From positions 4,064,001-4,128,000 of the forward strand of contig CAXXKJ010000002.1 of NCBI GenBank assembly GCA_963675295.2: a DNA stretch of 64,000 bases. The letters are read 5' to 3'. A model generated the notes under the pieces. That model saw only the letters and a program-made list of their open reading frames with translations. It searched no databases and had not been told where the DNA came from. Every line of letters starts with the position of its first letter. Within the stretch, counting starts at the first letter, position 1. The stretch is from a bacterium (GTDB lineage: Bacteria > Electryoneota > Electryoneia > Electryoneales > Electryoneaceae). A program made the translations under genes and the position numbers. Below are positions 60,142 to 64,000 of the stretch, piece after piece.

Positions 60142-60651
60142 CTATTTCTTCCCGAGCGCCTCGAGCGCCTTTTTCAGCGTTTCCGGATCGGCGGCTTTCA
60201 TCTGTTCGAGCATGCGTTGCCGCAGCACTGCCGGATCATTTTCGAGATCATCCTCGACGGGTAGTCCGACCAGACGTTTCACGTTTGCGACATAATTGGT
60301 AGGCTTGACCGGTTTCTCAAGGTAGATTCCCGGGCCGGACATAGTCAGCTCTTCCAGATCCGCCTTGCCCTGGTCGTCGCGGGCGTGCCCGGTGACAATC
60401 ATCACCGGAATCTTGCGCCAGTCCGGGTTTTTCTGCAGGTCGCGGTAGAATGCCGCGCCGGACCGTTTCGGCATCACCAGGTCGAGCGAAATCAGATCAG
60501 GCTTGACCTGCTTCACCAGTTCCAGCGCCTGGTAGCCGTCGGACGCGTTTTCCACGTTGAATCCGGCGTCTTCCAGCGCCATCGTCAGGTACTCACGGAC
60601 ATCATCTTCGTCATCCACGACGAGGATGAGAAAGTCTTTCGGTTCGGCCAT
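60142..60651 (-). CDS. Response regulator (receiver with short C-terminal helical tail)
   Basis: ILVVDDE, PDLISLDLVMP, IPVMIVTG, LEKP. Confidence 0.93.
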   Translation of the reverse strand: MAEPKDFLILVVDDEDDVREYLTMALEDAGFNVENASDGYQALELVKQVKPDLISLDLVMPKRSGAAFYRDLQKNPDWRKIPVMIVTGHARDDQGKADLEELTMSGPGIYLEKPVKPTNYVANVKRLVGLPVEDDLENDPAVLRQRMLEQMKAADPETLKKALEALGKK

Positions 60652-60660
60652 GCCGGCCTC

Positions 60661-62154
60661 CTAACGGTATTGCTTCGCTTTTTCGTTGCGTTGTTGTTGT
60701 TCTTCTTCCAGCTTTACCAGCTCTGCGCGTGGCAGGCGAATGCGGAACGTCGATCCCTGGCCGGGTTCGGTGTCAACCTCGATTGTGCCACGGTGTTCCT
60801 GGACGATCTTACGGGTGGTCAGCAGCCCGAGGCCGGTCCCCTCCCCACCCTTGGTGGTAAAGAAGGTGGTGAACACGCGGCGCTTGACATCCGCGTCCAT
60901 CCCGATCCCGTTGTCCTGCACCTCGAAGACCAGCTCGCCGTCCCGGTCGAATGCCGACATGGTGACCACCCCGCCGCCGCCTTCACGGACGGACGCTGCG
61001 TCGATGCCATTGCTCAGCAGGTTGGTGAGGCACGCCTCGATCCCCTCACGGTCAAGAGAAGCGGGTTCCGGCAACGGCGTTTCGCCATGAACCAGCTCCA
61101 CTCCCTGCCGTTTCGCCGCGTCAACATACAGTTCGATCACTTCGTCGATGATGTCACCGGGATTGAGCGGAATCAACGCGGGCACACGTCCCTTGGCGAA
61201 CGAGAGGAAATCGCGCACCATTGACGTGGTCTTCTCGAAGTTGCGCTGCAGCATGTCCCAGCCGCGTTCAAGCCGGGCTTCGTCGCCCTTCTTGAGGCCA
61301 CTGTCGACCATGTACATCCCGCCTTCGAGGCCCATCAGCAGGTTCTTGATCGTGTGCGCGAGCCCGGCGACGGTCTGTCCCACCGCGACCAGACGTTCAT
61401 TGTCGAGCACTTCCTTCTCGAGACGGTGCAGCTCGGTAACGTCGGTGGAAATCTCGATGACGCGGTCGACGCCGTCCGGTCCCCATGAAAGCGGTGACAC
61501 GGTAACGACGTAGCGTGCGAGCTCGCCGTCATGCGTTACGCCTTCCTGTGTCGAACTGTGTTCCTTACCGTCCTTGAAGGTTTGCATCGCCGGGCAGTCG
61601 GTGCAGGGGATATTGCGACCCTTGTACACCTTGTAGCACGGCGCGCCGTCGGCCCGTCCGAACGTGCGTTCGAGCTTGCCGTTGGCGTGGACGATGTTCA
61701 GGTCACGATCGAGAATCGAAATGTAGCAGGGAACGTGTTCGAACAGCCGGTCGAACTCACGTTTCCAGCGCTTCGTCTCGGTCAGCTTGCTGGCGAGGAT
61801 CAGGACATGATCCGGTTTGCCGTCCTTCTCCAGCGCGATCGGTTTGTAGTAGACGGAGACCTGAATGTCGCGGCCGTGGCGATCAACGAGAATTTCGTCC
61901 GAAACGCGCACCTGGTTTTCCGTCAGGCAAACGTCGGCCTCGCACGACAGGCAGGGCTGGTAGGTCTGCTTCAAGGCTTCATGGCAGATCCGTCCCCGAA
62001 ACACTCCGAAGACGTCCTCGAACCGCTTGTTGACGGCCCGGACACGTTTGTCCGGGCCAATCAACGCGGCTCCCATCGGCAGCTCGTCAAACAGCGATTC
62101 GCTGAGGAACGTCTGCAAGGCGGCATCTTTTGTGCCAGCCGCACTCATTCCCAT
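60661..62154 (-). CDS. Cytoplasmic histidine kinase with two PAS domains
   Basis: H-box LAHTIKN, N-box NLLSNG, DNGIG, FFTTKG, GTGLGL; two PAS domains each with C-x10-C-x2-C. Confidence 0.95.
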   Translation of the reverse strand: MGMSAAGTKDAALQTFLSESLFDELPMGAALIGPDKRVRAVNKRFEDVFGVFRGRICHEALKQTYQPCLSCEADVCLTENQVRVSDEILVDRHGRDIQVSVYYKPIALEKDGKPDHVLILASKLTETKRWKREFDRLFEHVPCYISILDRDLNIVHANGKLERTFGRADGAPCYKVYKGRNIPCTDCPAMQTFKDGKEHSSTQEGVTHDGELARYVVTVSPLSWGPDGVDRVIEISTDVTELHRLEKEVLDNERLVAVGQTVAGLAHTIKNLLMGLEGGMYMVDSGLKKGDEARLERGWDMLQRNFEKTTSMVRDFLSFAKGRVPALIPLNPGDIIDEVIELYVDAAKRQGVELVHGETPLPEPASLDREGIEACLTNLLSNGIDAASVREGGGGVVTMSAFDRDGELVFEVQDNGIGMDADVKRRVFTTFFTTKGGEGTGLGLLTTRKIVQEHRGTIEVDTEPGQGSTFRIRLPRAELVKLEEEQQQRNEKAKQYR

Positions 62155-63998
62155 GAATCTCCGTTGGTGTTGGGTACAATCACCTTGCCCGACGTCGGAT
62201 ATTCATCCGGTCCGACGTCCGCCAGGGTGCGATGTTCGTGATGGCAGAATCCACACTGCTGGAAGTCTTCGATGCCCCATTCATCCGCGATCTGGTGATG
62301 GCAGTCGAGGCAGATGCCGTGCAACGCGTCCGCATACGACGGCGCCATGTACTGCTTCACCGGATGTTGGAAGGATGGCGCTCCGCCTTCCACCTGTTCC
62401 GGAATCAGGTCGTGGTGGCATTCGACACACTTGATCGCCGTACTCGCCTGGCGAATCTCCCCCTTGGGATGGCATTGTCCGCAGGACAAGTTCGCTCCAT
62501 TAGGATCGGAATGCCAACTGTGCCGGAACGCATCGGTCGCGCTGTACATATCCTGGTGGCAACTGGAGCACTCGGTGTTCCGGTCGCCGGGCATGTTCAT
62601 GTGGTGGCACGTCACACAGCCGTTGTACATGTCTTCCGCCATTTCGGCGTGAACGGCATGCGTGAACGGAACGCCGAACGCGTCTCGGTTGCCATCTACC
62701 CACAGCGTGTCACCACCGCGCGCAGCATATGCCGGAGTGGGCTCGACACCCTTGCTGCGCACCGATTCACCGGACAGCAGCATGAAACCGAGACCAACAG
62801 CCAGCACGAAGGACAGCGAGAAACGTGTCCGGTCGGCAAAGGACGGTGTCCCCAGCCAGGTACGGGTCAGGTTATCGAACATCGGTTTGGTCTTTGGATC
62901 TTCCTCCGCGTCATGCGGGGTCGATTCGAGAATGTGGAAGTGTTCGACGAGCCACAGGAAGACCAGGCCGGCCACCGAGACCACGCCGAAGCTGATCGCA
63001 AATTCGGTCCACGATGGCAGGTAGGCTTCGATACCACGGCCGGTGTGCATCACGCCGCCGGTGTTGATGCGGTTGATGACCACACCGAGCACACCGAGGA
63101 ACGAAACCAGCCATAACGCGCCATCCTTACGCCGGACAGCCTTGACCGTGGTCAACATCCCCGGAATCGCCAGCAATCCGATTTCGACCCAGAACGCGAT
63201 CGCGCGCCAGTCGGTTGAGAAGGCATGGTGGATCTGGCCACGCACGATCAGGTCGCCGAAGCGGACACCAAGGTAGGCGAGAATGATCCACGGCGTCGCG
63301 CGGTTCAATTTGGCCAGCATGATGCGGTGGCTGTGACGGCGATAGATCCAGCTGGTCGTGTGTCCTTCGAACGTGACCATGAACAGACCGAGCGCCATCG
63401 CCGAGATGAAGAACATGATCGGCAGGATCGGGCTGTACCACAGCGGGTGAACACGGTACGGCATGATGGTGAACAGCGTGCCAAGGCTCGACTGATGCAG
63501 CGTCGACAGGCTGATGCCCGCGATGACCAGCGGAATGCGGAACTTGGTCAACGTGTCGTGGATCTTCTTCCAGCGGCTCTGGCCCTCAAGCGGGACGGGA
63601 AGGAATTCCAGCGTCAACACACTGAGGTACAGCATCACGCACCAGCCGACTTCAAACAGCGGGCTGTGCGGATTCCAGAAGACGATCATATGCCAGATAT
63701 TCCACGGCAGGCCGAGGTCGAACATCAGGCCGAGCACCACGGCGATGTAGCCGAGGAACGCGGTCAGCACGGCCGGGCGCACGATCGGGTAGAATTCCTT
63801 CAACTGGAAGATGTAGACGACGGCGGTCAAGACAAACCCACCGGCGGCGAGGGCGACGCCACTCATCACGTCGAACCCGATCCAGAATCCCCACGGAACT
63901 CCGTCCGACAAGTTCGTCGTCGCGCCGAGCCCGAAGGTGAAGCGCGTGATTGCGACGGCGAGCGCGAGTCCGGTGATCGCCCAGAGGATGCTCTTCAG
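62145..63998 (-). CDS. NrfD/HybB-family membrane subunit fused to a hexaheme cytochrome c domain, 5' truncated
   Basis: Frame open to the window edge (LKSILWAITG...TNLSD..PWG); DLG.PW, SPLFEV, LSTLHQSSLG; six CxxCH (CVTCH, CSSCH, CGQCH, CVECH, CLDCH, CGFCH). Confidence 0.88.
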   Translation of the reverse strand: MKSILWAITGLALAVAITRFTFGLGATTNLSDGVPWGFWIGFDVMSGVALAAGGFVLTAVVYIFQLKEFYPIVRPAVLTAFLGYIAVVLGLMFDLGLPWNIWHMIVFWNPHSPLFEVGWCVMLYLSVLTLEFLPVPLEGQSRWKKIHDTLTKFRIPLVIAGISLSTLHQSSLGTLFTIMPYRVHPLWYSPILPIMFFISAMALGLFMVTFEGHTTSWIYRRHSHRIMLAKLNRATPWIILAYLGVRFGDLIVRGQIHHAFSTDWRAIAFWVEIGLLAIPGMLTTVKAVRRKDGALWLVSFLGVLGVVINRINTGGVMHTGRGIEAYLPSWTEFAISFGVVSVAGLVFLWLVEHFHILESTPHDAEEDPKTKPMFDNLTRTWLGTPSFADRTRFSLSFVLAVGLGFMLLSGESVRSKGVEPTPAYAARGGDTLWVDGNRDAFGVPFTHAVHAEMAEDMYNGCVTCHHMNMPGDRNTECSSCHQDMYSATDAFRHSWHSDPNGANLSCGQCHPKGEIRQASTAIKCVECHHDLIPEQVEGGAPSFQHPVKQYMAPSYADALHGICLDCHHQIADEWGIEDFQQCGFCHHEHRTLADVGPDEYPTSGKVIVPNTNGDSWE

Positions 63999-64000
63999 GA

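Overview
GC-rich bacterial chromosomal window with no prophage, CRISPR array, rRNA or tRNA visible. Five secreted proteins carry T9SS/FlgD-like 'PNPFN' C-terminal sorting domains, which suggests an FCB-group lineage (inference). Recognisable housekeeping genes are a PpiD/SurA-like chaperone, topA-xerC-hpf-hprK-PTS EIIA/EIIB, malQ, kbl, typA, MscS and an RND efflux system with MarR. The main points of interest are: (1) a pentaheme cytochrome c next to a Cyc2-type fused cytochrome-porin; (2) a UbiA-DprE1-DprE2-PgpA operon (polyprenyl-phosphoryl-arabinose-type pathway); (3) a GNAT-PLP racemase-sodium:solute symporter operon; (4) three tandem uncharacterised alpha/beta hydrolases with different sorting signals; (5) a ~105-aa Ig-like module repeated in four secreted proteins; (6) secreted-protein genes with AT-rich passenger regions between GC-rich ends; (7) a candidate sigma54-dependent small RNA; (8) a GGGGACAC..GTGTCCCC palindrome family, two copies of which sit in-frame inside an MFS transporter gene; (9) an NrfD/HybB-hexaheme fusion with a Cys-rich PAS kinase at the right edge. 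All assignments come from motif recognition by eye; no database searches were run.
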